Made by a program: the position numbers and the translations under genes
Shown: positions 8,379 through 18,618 of the stretch, in pieces
How positions within the stretch are numbered: position 1 is the first letter of the stretch
Layout: each line of letters opens with the position of its first letter
Assembly: GCA_012862495.1 (NCBI GenBank)
Contig: BLSG01000149.1
Location: 1 to 34,161, forward strand
Origin: Thraustochytrium aureum
Lineage: Eukaryota
Direction of reading: 5' to 3'
Length of the DNA stretch: 34,161 nucleotides
Notes under the pieces: model-generated
The model's database searches: none
Told to the model about the DNA's origin: nothing
The model's input: the letters and a program-made list of their open reading frames with translations, nothing else

Positions 8379-11145
8379 ATGGACCGCATGAAGACGCTGC
8401 TCGAGAGCTACTACGGAGTGGGCTCGGACGGCGACGCGAACNNNNNNNNNNNNNNNNNNNNNNNNNNNNNNNNNNNNNNNNNNNNNNNNNNNNNNNNNNN
8501 NNNNNNNNNNNNNNNNNNNNNNNNNNNNNNNNNNNNNNNNNNNNNNNNNNNNNNNNNNNNNNNNNNNNNNNNNNNNNNNNNNNNNNNNNNNNNNNNNNNN
8601 NNNNNNNNNNNNNNNNNNNNNNNNNNNNNNNNNNNNNNNNNNNNGGGCGGACGCGCACGACCTCGACTCGGCCAAGCTCGACGTCGCGACGTACGTGGGC
8701 GAACGGCTCCGCAACACGGGGTTCAGGGCGCTGCTAGAGACGGACGACGCCTTGGTGCAAGAGGTGCGCACCCTGGACGCCGACATGCAGCTGCTCGTGT
8801 ACGACAACTACTCCAAGTTTATCAGCGCGACGGACACGATCCGCAGCATGAAGGACAACGTCGACCGGATCGAGGGCGAGATCGAGGCGCTCGCGGGCCG
8901 CGTGGACCGGATCGAGGCGGTGGCCAGCGAGCTGGACGAGCGCATGGCGCCGAAGCGCAGCAAGATCGAGAAACTGGTGGGCTTGCAAAGCTTGATCCGC
9001 AAGCTAAACTTCCTCTTCGAGCTTCCGCTGCGGCTCAAGCAGTGCATCGACATGGGCGCCCCCGGCCAGGCCGTTTTTTATTACAAGCGCGCCGTGCCAA
9101 TCCTGCAAAAGCACGCCGAGGTGGCGTCGTTCGCCTCCATCGAGCGCGAGTCGCACCAGATCATGGCCGATTTGCGTGGTGCATTGCGCACCAAGGTCTC
9201 CGATACGTCTGTTGACGCGAGCGCCTTCAATGAAAGCTTGCGCCTGCTGATTGAGCTGCAGGGTACCGAGGCCCTTAGCGGGCCCGCCACCGACCCTCTC
9301 GACATGGCCGCGCTCTCTCGCCAGTTCTTGAACTGGCACGATGCGCATTTGCATGACTGCATCGATACCGTTGTCGCAGAACATGGCCGCCGCACCTCCT
9401 TGGACGACTTTGTTCGCGTCATATGTGCAAGCGTTCTGGAGCCGCTCTCGGACGCCTGCTGCACGTTTAATGACATTTTCGTGAAGAGCGACGACCAGCC
9501 GTCCGAGTCGGGCTCCGGCGACGAGGGCCAGCGCGAAGCTCTCGCTGCCTTTGCGAAGCCTGTTCTTGCTTCGTTCTTGAATGCGGTACGCGCACGGCTT
9601 CTCGCCGACGACGCCGCGCAGAGCCCAGCGGACGCAGCGGCCGCCGATTTCGCACCCAGCGCCGATGGTGCTTGCGAGCCGAGTGACGAGCTAGTGGGAA
9701 GCGGCGGGGAGCTCGAGTCGCAAGAGCAGGGCCGGCGCGAGCCAGACCAGTTCAAGCCGCTCCTGACGGCGCTGAACGTGCTCATTCAGCAGCTGAGCGG
9801 GTTTCAGGTGGAAGGGGTTGTGCGGCGTGGCCATCTCACAGATCGCACAACTGAGATCGCCGAACACGTCGTTCGAAAACAGGTGGTGCAGTCCTTCGAG
9901 GTCCTCCGCGACGCGGTGACACAGCGCCTGGTTGACCTCTTCGACCAGTGCGAGGCCATGGGTTGCGAGGAGGACCAAGGCGAACAGGGCGGCGAGACGG
10001 TGCCAACGGGCTCGAGCGGGGCAGCGCGCGAAGACGGGCGAGGCCGGCCGTTGCAGATGGCGGTCCAGCTCGCGGCGGATATCGAGCGGGACATGGAGCG
10101 CACAATGAGCGACCTGCACCAGCTGCTCCGCGACTCGGCCAGCATCTTGTCCGAGATGTCCGCCATCTTTGACAACTTGGTCCGTTTCCAGGTCAGGTTT
10201 TGGTTCCTGTGGCTCGGCAACGCGCTTGAGTGCTTTTGCGACCCTTTCCATCCTTTCCGCAAGCAACCAGAAGGCGCTCTGCCCGTATCGCTGGCGCAAG
10301 GCGGGAGCGAGCGGGCCAAGATCCTGGTCCAAGTCCCAGTGAAAACATCGCTGCCGCCAGCGTTTGCTCTGACGCTAGCCTGCCTGGCGCACCAGGCGCG
10401 ACTGCTGGTCCGCAAGTCGCCGTACGCGATCGCGGGCGTGCCCGAGCTCATGAACGAGCTGGACTATTCGAGGGACAACTTGTTGATTGTTTTTGTGGAG
10501 CTCTCGGCCAAGCGACTCTGCAAGCAACTCCGGCCGGCGCTCGTCGAGCCAGCCGCGCGCTTCCGCCTCGCGGACTCGCCGACTGCGGTGCGGCCGTATG
10601 CAGCGCAAGTGGTGCGCGGCGTGCACGCCGTTGCGCGACAGATCTCGTGCTGCGCCGGCGACGGCGACAGGCTGCTGCACGCGGACACGTCTGTACCAAA
10701 CTCTGCCAATAGCGAGGGATCGCCAGGGCCGTCGCGGCCGACCTCGGCTCGATTCGCGCGCAAACAAACGCGCGGCCCCAACTCGAACCTGCAGATGGAC
10801 ATCGAGCGCATGTTTTCGCAAAAGGTCAACATTGTCGACAGAGTACAGTTCACGGCCGAGTCGGTGGCTGTTGGCGTCATCAAAATCGTCCTGAAGACCG
10901 TCTTCGAGTGCGTGCGTCACGCGACGCTCTCCGAGAATGCATTTCAGCAGCTCGAGGTGGACACGTTTTTCATGCGCTCAATGTTTCCCATCATCTTGGA
11001 GGATACCTCGCTCGCCAATTCGATGCTCGCGCAAATCCTCTCCGCGGCGAGGGACCGCTCGCTCGACCCGCATCCGCTTTCTCAGGACGCGCTAGACCGG
11101 CTCTGCCGCGTCGCTCGCGAGGGCCTTGGCCTTGACCTTTCCTGA
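8379..11145 (+). CDS. VPS51: Vacuolar protein sorting 51 (GARP/EARP subunit, Ang2/fat-free); N-gap 8442-8644
   Basis: N-terminal MKTLLESYYG, then DLDSAKLD...EVRTLDADMQLLVYDNYSKFISATDTIRSMK, KLNFLFELPLRLKQCI, and C-terminal DIERMFSQKV...IKIVLKTVFECVR...FQQLEVD. Confidence 0.92.
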
Positions 11146-11737
11146 GCCGTAGAAGGTACGAATGCTCACAACCGGTGCACAAACAATGCTTGCCCGCTCT
11201 TTTCTCTCAAGCGCTGCTCGTCGTTGCGGCGATGCCAGCCTCAAGAGCTCGACCAGCCTGTCGATGCCACCAACAACCCCGCACCGAAGGACGGACCAAC
11301 CGCCTCGTCGGCGTCGCGGTGCCGGAGAGTTGCTTGCTCGCCTTGCAAGTTACTCGTACGATGTCAATCTCGTGAGAGCGCAGTCTCGCAAGGCTGCTCG
11401 ACCCGGTCGAAGCGCGCGCGGTTGCTCGGGAAGCGGGAAGGGGAAGCAGGGATTCGCGTGCTGTCCACAGCCGGCACACCACGAGCAGAGTCGGGACCCA
11501 CTGCAGTACCCTGAGCAGTACTCTACTGACTCGGACGAGCACATTCCTGGGTGGGTACGGTCCTGCAGTGCTGGCGACTCCATGATCACGAGGCGAGTGC
11601 TCCACGATCACGATGGTGAGCAAGTACTCGTACTCACCGTGCGTACTCCCCTCCCGCATGCATGCACGAGGGATCCTGGATCGGACAGGGTCTCCCTCGC
11701 TCGCTTGGCGGTGTCGCTCGCCACATCGGCGCCCTTT

Positions 11738-11798
11738 CTGGCTGGTTGGCTGGCTCCGGCGGGCTGACTGGGTGGCTGGCTGGCTGGCTGGCTGGCTT
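11738..11798. repeat. (GGCT)n-rich low-complexity tract
   Basis: ctggctggttggctggct...ggctggctggctggctggctggct; similar tracts at about 1770-1810, 8025-8205, 28870-28980 and 33885-33910. Confidence 0.8.
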
Positions 11799-12568
11799 CT
11801 GTCCACTCGCATTCCGCGTGTGGCTCGTGGTGTGCAGCAGCGGGAGTGGTGTCGCGCTTGGTCAAGGACAAGTCGTGCACAAGGCGCCAGAAGCCAAGTG
11901 CGCAAGCGCGGTTTTCGTCGTACAACATCGCGCAGGGTATGGATGGCAGGGCTGTCTGGTGCTTGCTGGGCGGCGGCGCGTGCGAGCAAGCCGAAAGCGC
12001 GTTTCGGCGACCGCTTGGAGAATTGGACGACGCGGGCAACACAAAGCCCAGTAGTCCAAGGCTTGAGGAGAAGGTCGGTGTGCCCTTGTTCTACTTGTGA
12101 CGTGCAACGCACACCGTTGCAGCACAGGCGTTGAGGCTGCGAGCGTCGGGCTCCGCGCGGGACCGGAAGGTCGGTGAGGATGCGCTACTTGGGCTGGCGT
12201 GGTCCGTCTAGTTTGGCTTTGGGGTGGCGTCGGTCGACAGCGCGAACTCGAACGCGACGAGACGCCAACCCCAAACTGCCGCCAATGAGCGCTTCGTAGG
12301 AGATGGAGACAGCTTCTCTCCCATTTAGTGTGGCAGAGTCGGTCCCAGGGGTAGCCTCAATGAGAATATCCCTTGCCCGACCTTCGGGCCGAAACAGCCC
12401 AGAAAGGCTTGCCAGAAAGGCCCCCAACACTGCTCACCGTGCAGCGCTGATGCAGTTGGCAGTTCAAGCCGGCACTCGGGCTTGGCTCGGAGGCTTGGGC
12501 AGACCCGCAACGAAAACACGCCAAGCAAAGCCGAGAACGAGCCAACGCAACCGCAAGACAAGGCCAAG

Positions 12569-14887
12569 ATGACCAGACTCGCTGCCACAGCTGTGCTCCT
12601 CGCGGCCGTAGCCTCGCAGCTCATCGACCCAGCAAATGCCCATGGATTCTTGGCTGTACCCAAGTCGCGCAATGTCCTCCACAGCGGAGGTAGCGCCGGG
12701 TCGGGCGACATCCAGTCAATGAGTGGCGGCGGAACAGCGCTTGAGCGCATCCAAGGCCATGGCCTGTGCGGCGACAAGGCCAGCCGCCGTGAGTTTATGG
12801 CCCCCAACGCGTACGGCCCCGTGCTTGGCCCGCAAGCGACGTACGTTCAAGGTCAAGAAATCGAGGTGGTGGCGCGCATCACTGCGCACCACTGGGGCTG
12901 GATTGAAGTTCGCCTCTGCCGCCCTGCGGACGGTGGCGCCGATCGGACGATTCCGATCACGCAAGAGTGTCTCAACCAGCACGTCCTGCGATTCAACCAG
13001 ACATTCGCAGAGTTGACGTATGGCGGCAAGATGCGTGCGGGCTCGTCGCCCGCCGATTACATCGGCGACGTCAACAACTATGCGCATACGCACTCGAGGT
13101 GCGAGCACCTTCCCGCCGCGCCGCGCGGGAGTTGCTGCAACGGAGGAGGCAACTGCAGCCCGCCGAGCGCGAACCGTGACCGCTGGGTGCTGCCCAACCC
13201 GACGGCTCAGAACGAGTACAAGATTCGGTACCAACTGCCTGCTGGCGTCACCTGCGAGCGCTGCGTCCTGCAGTGGTACTATCAGACAGGCAACAGCCCA
13301 GACTCGTACCCTGAGGGATTTTGGAACTGTGCCGACATCGAGATCGTGCCCTCTGTTGCAGCACCCATGATGCCACCGACTACCAAGCCACCGACGACCC
13401 GCCCACCGACCACCAGGCCGCCGACGACCCGCCCGCCGACCACCCGCCCGCCGACCACCCGCCCGCCGACGGCAGGAGCCCAAGGATGCCGCAGTCGAGT
13501 TTCGTACATCAGTGATGCGTGGTGCCAAGCAGTGAAGTGCGACCCCGTATATGCCAACTTTTGCATGGCAAGCTCGGGCAACGGGTCACCGACAGCACCG
13601 CCGACCACCAGGCCGCCGACCACCAGGCCGCCGACTACCAGGCCGCCGACTACCAGGCCGCCGACCACGAGGCCGCCGACCACGAGGCCACCGACTACAT
13701 CAGCGCCGGCGCCCAGCCAGGCGCCGCTCCCCACCGCGAAGCCAGCCCCCACCGGCCCCGGCGTGCCGACGAACACCAAGATTGACATCATCGGCTACTA
13801 TGGCAACAGCGGCAGCGCCCCCGCCTACATCCCGAGACTGGGAGACATCGCCTGCTACTACAACGTCTTGATCATGACCTTTGCCAACTTTGGGTCCAGC
13901 GGCAAGATCGAGTTCCTCCTGCAGGGCCCGTATGACGGCAACCTGGCCGCCCTCCGCGCTGACATCAAGACATGGCGCGCTCGTGCGGACCCGTACGGGC
14001 GCACCAAAAAGGTGCTCTTCAGCATTGGAGGCCAGAACGGCCACTGGCCCGAGGGGCTCACCGGGGCGCAGATTCAGGCTGAAGTTGACGCTTTCATGGC
14101 CGAGTACGACTTTGATNNNNNNNNNNNNNNNNNNNNNNNNNNNNNNNNNNNNNNNNNNNNNNNNNNNNNNNNNNNNNNNNNNNNNNNNNNNNNNNNNNNN
14201 NNNNNNNNNNNNNNNNNNNNNNNNNNNNNNNNNNNNNNNNNNNNNNNNNNNNNNNNNNNNNNNNNNNNNNNNNNNNNNNNNNNNNNNNNNNNNNNNNNNN
14301 NNNNNNNNNNNNNNNNNNNNNNNNNNNNNNNNNNNNNNNNNNNNNNNNNNNNNNNNNNNNNNGTGGCTGCCGCCACGACTCTGGTCTCCGTGGTTAAGAA
14401 ACTTCGCGCTCAAGGCAAGATCGTGTCTGCCGCGCCAGAGGCCGCGCAAGGCCCACTCACTGCCTATGGCCCCATACTGTCTCTCCTCGACTATGTGCAT
14501 CCGCAGTTTTACAACAACGGGCCCAACGCGGTAACCACGCCTTTCACGCCAGTGTTCCAAGGTTCTGGCTGGGTTTCCCCGCCTGGCGACTGGCAGGACG
14601 CGACGCCGGCCGGCTACGTGGGACAGGGCAAGCCTTGGTGGCTCACCGTGCTCGACACGACCGTGGCCCACCTTGGCCTCCCTTCGAGCAAGCGTGGCAT
14701 GCTCGTCCCGGCTACCCCGCTCGGCGCTGGGAACAACAACGACTGGGACCTAAAGTTGCTACGCGACCAGGTGGCGGCCTCCGGCATCCAGTACGTGGGC
14801 TCCTGGGCGATCGCTTATGACAACAAGAACAACTGGGAGTTTGGCCGCCTCATGGCATCCATCATGTCGACCTCGATCACGTGCTAG
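12569..14887 (+). CDS. Secreted multimodular chitinolytic enzyme: AA15-like lytic polysaccharide monooxygenase, PPTTR linkers, Cys-rich module and GH18 chitinase; N-gap 14117-14362
   Basis: Signal peptide MTRLAATAVLLAAVASQLIDPANA then His1 (HGFLAVPKSRN, codon 12641). LPMO motifs GLCGD, TAHHWGWIEVRLC, LPAGVTCERCVLQWYYQTGNS, EGFWNCADI. GH18 motifs IIGYYGN, YNVLIMTFA, KVLFSIGGQNG, EYDFD, SAAPE, PQFYN, WAIAYD. Confidence 0.9.
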   Translation: MTRLAATAVLLAAVASQLIDPANAHGFLAVPKSRNVLHSGGSAGSGDIQSMSGGGTALERIQGHGLCGDKASRREFMAPNAYGPVLGPQATYVQGQEIEVVARITAHHWGWIEVRLCRPADGGADRTIPITQECLNQHVLRFNQTFAELTYGGKMRAGSSPADYIGDVNNYAHTHSRCEHLPAAPRGSCCNGGGNCSPPSANRDRWVLPNPTAQNEYKIRYQLPAGVTCERCVLQWYYQTGNSPDSYPEGFWNCADIEIVPSVAAPMMPPTTKPPTTRPPTTRPPTTRPPTTRPPTTRPPTAGAQGCRSRVSYISDAWCQAVKCDPVYANFCMASSGNGSPTAPPTTRPPTTRPPTTRPPTTRPPTTRPPTTRPPTTSAPAPSQAPLPTAKPAPTGPGVPTNTKIDIIGYYGNSGSAPAYIPRLGDIACYYNVLIMTFANFGSSGKIEFLLQGPYDGNLAALRADIKTWRARADPYGRTKKVLFSIGGQNGHWPEGLTGAQIQAEVDAFMAEYDFDXXXXXXXXXXXXXXXXXXXXXXXXXXXXXXXXXXXXXXXXXXXXXXXXXXXXXXXXXXXXXXXXXXXXXXXXXXXXXXXXXXVAAATTLVSVVKKLRAQGKIVSAAPEAAQGPLTAYGPILSLLDYVHPQFYNNGPNAVTTPFTPVFQGSGWVSPPGDWQDATPAGYVGQGKPWWLTVLDTTVAHLGLPSSKRGMLVPATPLGAGNNNDWDLKLLRDQVAASGIQYVGSWAIAYDNKNNWEFGRLMASIMSTSITC
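13375..13470 (+). repeat. 15-bp coding tandem repeat encoding (PPTTR)n, block 1
   Basis: About 6 units of ccgccgaccacc(a/c)g. Confidence 0.9.
13598..13700 (+). repeat. 15-bp coding tandem repeat encoding (PPTTR)n, block 2
   Basis: About 7 units of ccgccgac(c/t)ac(c/g)agg. Confidence 0.9.
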
Positions 14888-15023
14888 TCTCGCCGGTTCG
14901 TGCCTCCTTCCCAGCGCGGCATCTGTGCCCCTCTTGACCATGCAGCACATTGCCACTAGAGCTACTAGACATCACCGAAACCAAACCACTTTCGCCCGAT
15001 CATAGACCGCTCAGCCAGCTTCG

Positions 15024-15321
15024 CAGCGAGCGAACATTTGGCGTCGACTTGGTTGGCGAAACTCGTCCCCATCGATCCAGCCCGGCCCGCCCGAGCGCCA
15101 AAAACACCGACACCGACGTGGGCCTGGTCCACGGCTCGCTCTTCGCCAGCAGCTCCACCGCGGGCTTCGCCCTGGCAACGCCAGCGAGCGAACATTTGGC
15201 GTCGACTTGGTTGGCGAAACCGTCCCCATCGATCCAGCCCGGCCCGCCCGAGCGCCAAAAACACCGACACCGACGTGGACCTGGTCCACGGCTCGCTCTT
15301 CGCCAGCAGCTCCATCGCGGG
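15024..15321. repeat. Near-identical tandem duplication, about 140-bp unit with 158-bp offset, between the chitinase and POLD2
   Basis: cagcgagcgaacatttggcgtcgacttggttggcgaaac...gctcttcgccagcagctcca.cgcggg at 15024-15164 and 15182-15321; copies differ by a 1-nt indel and a few substitutions. Confidence 0.9.
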
Positions 15322-15641
15322 TCTGCTCAGTCGCCTCGCGCGGCATCGGTCGTCCGCGACATCGGTCTGCTCGGAAGCAAATTCGAAATTCAAAACAAGG
15401 AAAAAGTCAAATCGAAAAAAACAGACTCGCAAGTCCCGCGACTGTGCAGCGAGCAGCGCCCTCGAGAGCTCCTCGCGCCAGGCGCGCGCGCAGTTAGCAG
15501 AAAGCGCAGGCGCGCTCGTCGAAGCAGCTGCTCTGCCTGGACGGCCGCTCGGTCCTCGGGTCGCGCCGCGGGTTTTGCTGTTCCTTTTTGCGCGGGGATT
15601 TTTTTGGGGCATTTTGACCTCGCGCCTGGACGCGGGCCGCG

Positions 15642-17069
15642 ATGGCGGAGGACTCACGGACGGCGGCGCTCGAGCCGCTCGAGGCGAGCGCCGAGGCGTA
15701 CGATTGCTTGATGAGGGAAGATGGCGCGGACGAGGGGAAGCGCACGAGGAGCGGCGTCAAGTGCCAGCCCTCGCACATGAGGTTCGTGCTGCCCAAGACC
15801 AGGTCGTACACGCACCAGTACTCGCACGTGTACTTGAAGCGGCTTCACGCGCTACGGCGCGTGGTGGAGCGGCAGGCTGAGCGGCTATGGGGCAAGGACG
15901 TGCCGATTATCGACAAGGTAATCAGCCTGAGCCCCGGCTCGGGCCCCTGCGTAGCCATCGGAACGCTGTACNNNNNNNNNNNNNNNNNNNNNNNNNNNNN
16001 NNNNNNNNNNNNNNNNNNNNNNNNNNNNNNNNNNNNNNNNNNNNNNNNNNNNNNNNNNNNNNNNNNNNNNNNNNNNNNNNNNNNNNNNNNNNNNNNNNNN
16101 NNNNNNNNNNNNNNNNNNNNNNNNNNNNNNNNNNNNNNNNNNNNNNNNNNNNNNNNNNNNNNNNNNNNNNNNNNNNNNNNNNNNNNNNNNNNNNNNNNNN
16201 NNNNNNNNNNNNNNNNNNNNNNNNNNNNNNNNNNNNNNNNNNNNNNNNNNNNNNNNNNNNNNNNNNNNNNNNNNNNNNNNNNNNNNNNNNNNNNNNNNNN
16301 NNNNNNNNNNNNNNNNNNNNNNNNNNNNNNNNNNNNNNNNNNNNNNNNNNNNNNNNNNNNNNNNNNNNNNNNNNNNNNNGGCGACAGCGAGGGCAAGTCG
16401 ACAAAGCCCGGCATTGGGTCTCGTGTCAAACAGGCCAACCGCCTCGCGGTCCCGGTAAAGCAGCTTGACTGCACTCTGGCCGAGCTGGCCTCGAGCCTGG
16501 ACGTGGACCTGATGCCAGGCTTAGGAGACCCCTGCAGCGTCACAATGCCGCAGCAGCCCCTGCACCGCTGCCTGTTTCCGCACAGCGAGCGGTTCGAGCA
16601 AACTTTCCACAGGGTCACCAACCCATACGAGTGCTCGGTTGGGGAGGCGAGCTCCACGATTTTAATTCTCGGCCACTCGGGCCAGCCCGTCAACGACATG
16701 CTTCGTTACACGCGGGGCCTGGATGCGCTCGACCTGATGGAGGCCTCGCTGCGATGGCGCCATATTGCCCCCACGGCGCCAGACACGCTTCCCTGCTACC
16801 CGCTCACCGCGACAGACCCGTTCGTTGTGACCGCCATGCCCCACCTGTTCTTTGCGGGGGACCAAGACGCGTTTTCTACGAGGTATGTGAGCGGGCGCGG
16901 CGCCGCGACGCGCCTTGTCGCTGTGCCGCGCTTTGCGGAAACAGGCGAGGTCGTTCTTGTGGACTTGCACTCGCCGACGCTAGAGTGCTCAACGATAAGC
17001 TTTGACGTGTGCATGCCGGTCGCAGCGGGCGACGTCGCGATGGCTGATGCCCAAGTCGCGGCAGCGTAG
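15642..17069 (+). CDS. POLD2: DNA polymerase delta small (B) subunit; N-gap 15972-16379
   Basis: RSYTHQYSHVYLKRL, CVAIGTLY, VDLMPGLGDP..VTMPQQPLHRCLFP, VTNPY, LGHSGQPVNDM, LRWRHIAPTAPDTLPCYP, DPFVV..PHLFFAG, VPRFAETG. Confidence 0.95.
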   Translation: MAEDSRTAALEPLEASAEAYDCLMREDGADEGKRTRSGVKCQPSHMRFVLPKTRSYTHQYSHVYLKRLHALRRVVERQAERLWGKDVPIIDKVISLSPGSGPCVAIGTLYXXXXXXXXXXXXXXXXXXXXXXXXXXXXXXXXXXXXXXXXXXXXXXXXXXXXXXXXXXXXXXXXXXXXXXXXXXXXXXXXXXXXXXXXXXXXXXXXXXXXXXXXXXXXXXXXXXXXXXXXXXXXXXXXXXXXXXXXGDSEGKSTKPGIGSRVKQANRLAVPVKQLDCTLAELASSLDVDLMPGLGDPCSVTMPQQPLHRCLFPHSERFEQTFHRVTNPYECSVGEASSTILILGHSGQPVNDMLRYTRGLDALDLMEASLRWRHIAPTAPDTLPCYPLTATDPFVVTAMPHLFFAGDQDAFSTRYVSGRGAATRLVAVPRFAETGEVVLVDLHSPTLECSTISFDVCMPVAAGDVAMADAQVAAA

Positions 17070-17265
17070 GCCGCCAGGGGCGATTCGCTTGCAGGCGACG
17101 GCCGCAACAAAAAATCACGTTACCTAACTTCTATGGCAAATGGTACTCTGCCTCGCGGCCGCTGCCAAGCCGGCTCCGCCCACAGTTGGAGAAGGAACGG
17201 TTCGGCTGGCGATCCGGCAGGTGCGCTCGGCTGGGCCTTGGGCCCGGCTTCTTGAGGCATTTTGT

Positions 17266-18394
17266 TCACCTTTGCGGCTTGGGCTTGGCGCTTGGCTTCG
17301 CGGCGCCTTTGGGTCCGCCCCCTGTCTGGCGCCGCGCGCGCGCTCGGCGGCTCCTTTTCAGCGCCCCGCTCGCATTGCTGCCCAATGTGTCCTCTGTAAG
17401 CACTGTTGTCGCCGTACTGTTGCGCAGGCCAGGGCGCACATGAGTTCCGTTGGCGGCGAGGTGGTCGCTCGAGCCCGCCCGCGCGAGAGCGTCAGAAAAG
17501 TGGCTGTCGGCCTGGCTCTTGTGCAAGTGAAAGGTCTCTGCCATCCCCGCCTCGGATTCTACCAGGACCGAGGGGAGCTGGAAGACGTCGACATCAACCA
17601 GGTAGCCCCCGGCGGCAATCAAGATGAGGCTCGCGACGCCCAGGATGAGCTTGTGCGCTGGGCGCAATCCAGTCCCGCGAAAGTCTTTAGACGTATAAAG
17701 CGCCCTGCCGCCTGCCTCTTCGCCCGTGCCGTTCCCGGCTGGGGCTGCCCCGCTCGCCCCGGCGCGCGCCCTGTGCTCGCGTTGTTTGCGCTCCACCTCG
17801 ATCTCGAGCAGCCTCTCCTGCTCAACTATCTGCCGGTGCTTGCGCTGGGCCTCTGAGGCGCGCTCTCGAACTTGCTGCGTGACATCCTCCTCGGTTCGCC
17901 CAAAGGTCAGCGTCATCGGGCGGTCTTCATCCCGGAGCTTGTCAAGGATTTCGTCGTACATGAGCAGCTCGATGGGCATCTCGTCGATGCACAGGAGCGC
18001 ATCCCCGACGCGAACATTGCCCGCGCTCTCCACTTGGCCCTTCGTGCCGCGAGCATCGACGGGCTGAAAGGCCAAGACGACCACGGCGCCCGACTCCAGC
18101 TGCGCCACACCGTTCGCGAGCGCCACGTCAGCCTGCCGACCGCCGCCGCCCCGCACGCCAGACCNNNNNNNNNNNNNNNNNNNNNNNNNNNNNNNNNNNN
18201 NNNNNNNNNNNNNNNNNNNNNNNNNNNNNNNNNNNNNNNNNNNNNNNNNNNNNNNNNNNNNNNNNNNNNNNNNNNNNNNNNNNNNNNNNNNNNNNNNNNN
18301 NNNNNNNNNNNNNNNNNNNNNNNNNNNNNNNNNNNNNNNNNNNNNNNNNNNNNNNNNNNNNNNNNNNNNNNNNNNNNNNNNNGGCGAGCCCCAT
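17266..18394 (-). CDS. PDZ-domain protein with coiled coil and one TM segment; 5' end uncertain because of N-gap 18165-18382 and a probable intron
   Basis: PDZ-like GAVVVLAF..GQVESAGNVRVGDALLCIDEMPIELLMYDEILDKLRDEDRPMTLTF, then an E/R/Q-rich coil and LILGVASLILIAAGGYLV. Candidate branch point gctgac plus acceptor AG at 18101-18100. Candidate ATG 18394 (MGLA) is tentative. Confidence 0.7.
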
Positions 18395-18618
18395 CGCGAC
18401 GAGGATCGGGCCTGGCCACGAGGATCCGATCCTTGCTCGTCTAGTCCTGCGCCAGATCCGGTTCGAGCCGCGGTGAGCCGCTCGAGGAAGCGCGCGCTGC
18501 GGCCTGTCTCTCGCGCAGGGCCGGCCTTGCTCTCGGCGACGGGGTTCGCGCGCGGTTGGGCTCGGGCCGCTCGAGCCCGAGCTGGCCCCGGCGCACGCCA
18601 TCGGGCGAGCTGGCCGCC

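Noticed and set aside
6717..8391. Long plus-strand ORFs 6717..8135 and 7102..8391
   Set aside because: They are antisense or alternate-frame shadows of DTD and the kinesin in GC-rich sequence.
11162..12134. Possible spliced gene around the GGCT tract (donor-like GTGCGT at 11639, acceptors at 11837 and 11840)
   Set aside because: The joined translation is not protein-like and has no domain signature.
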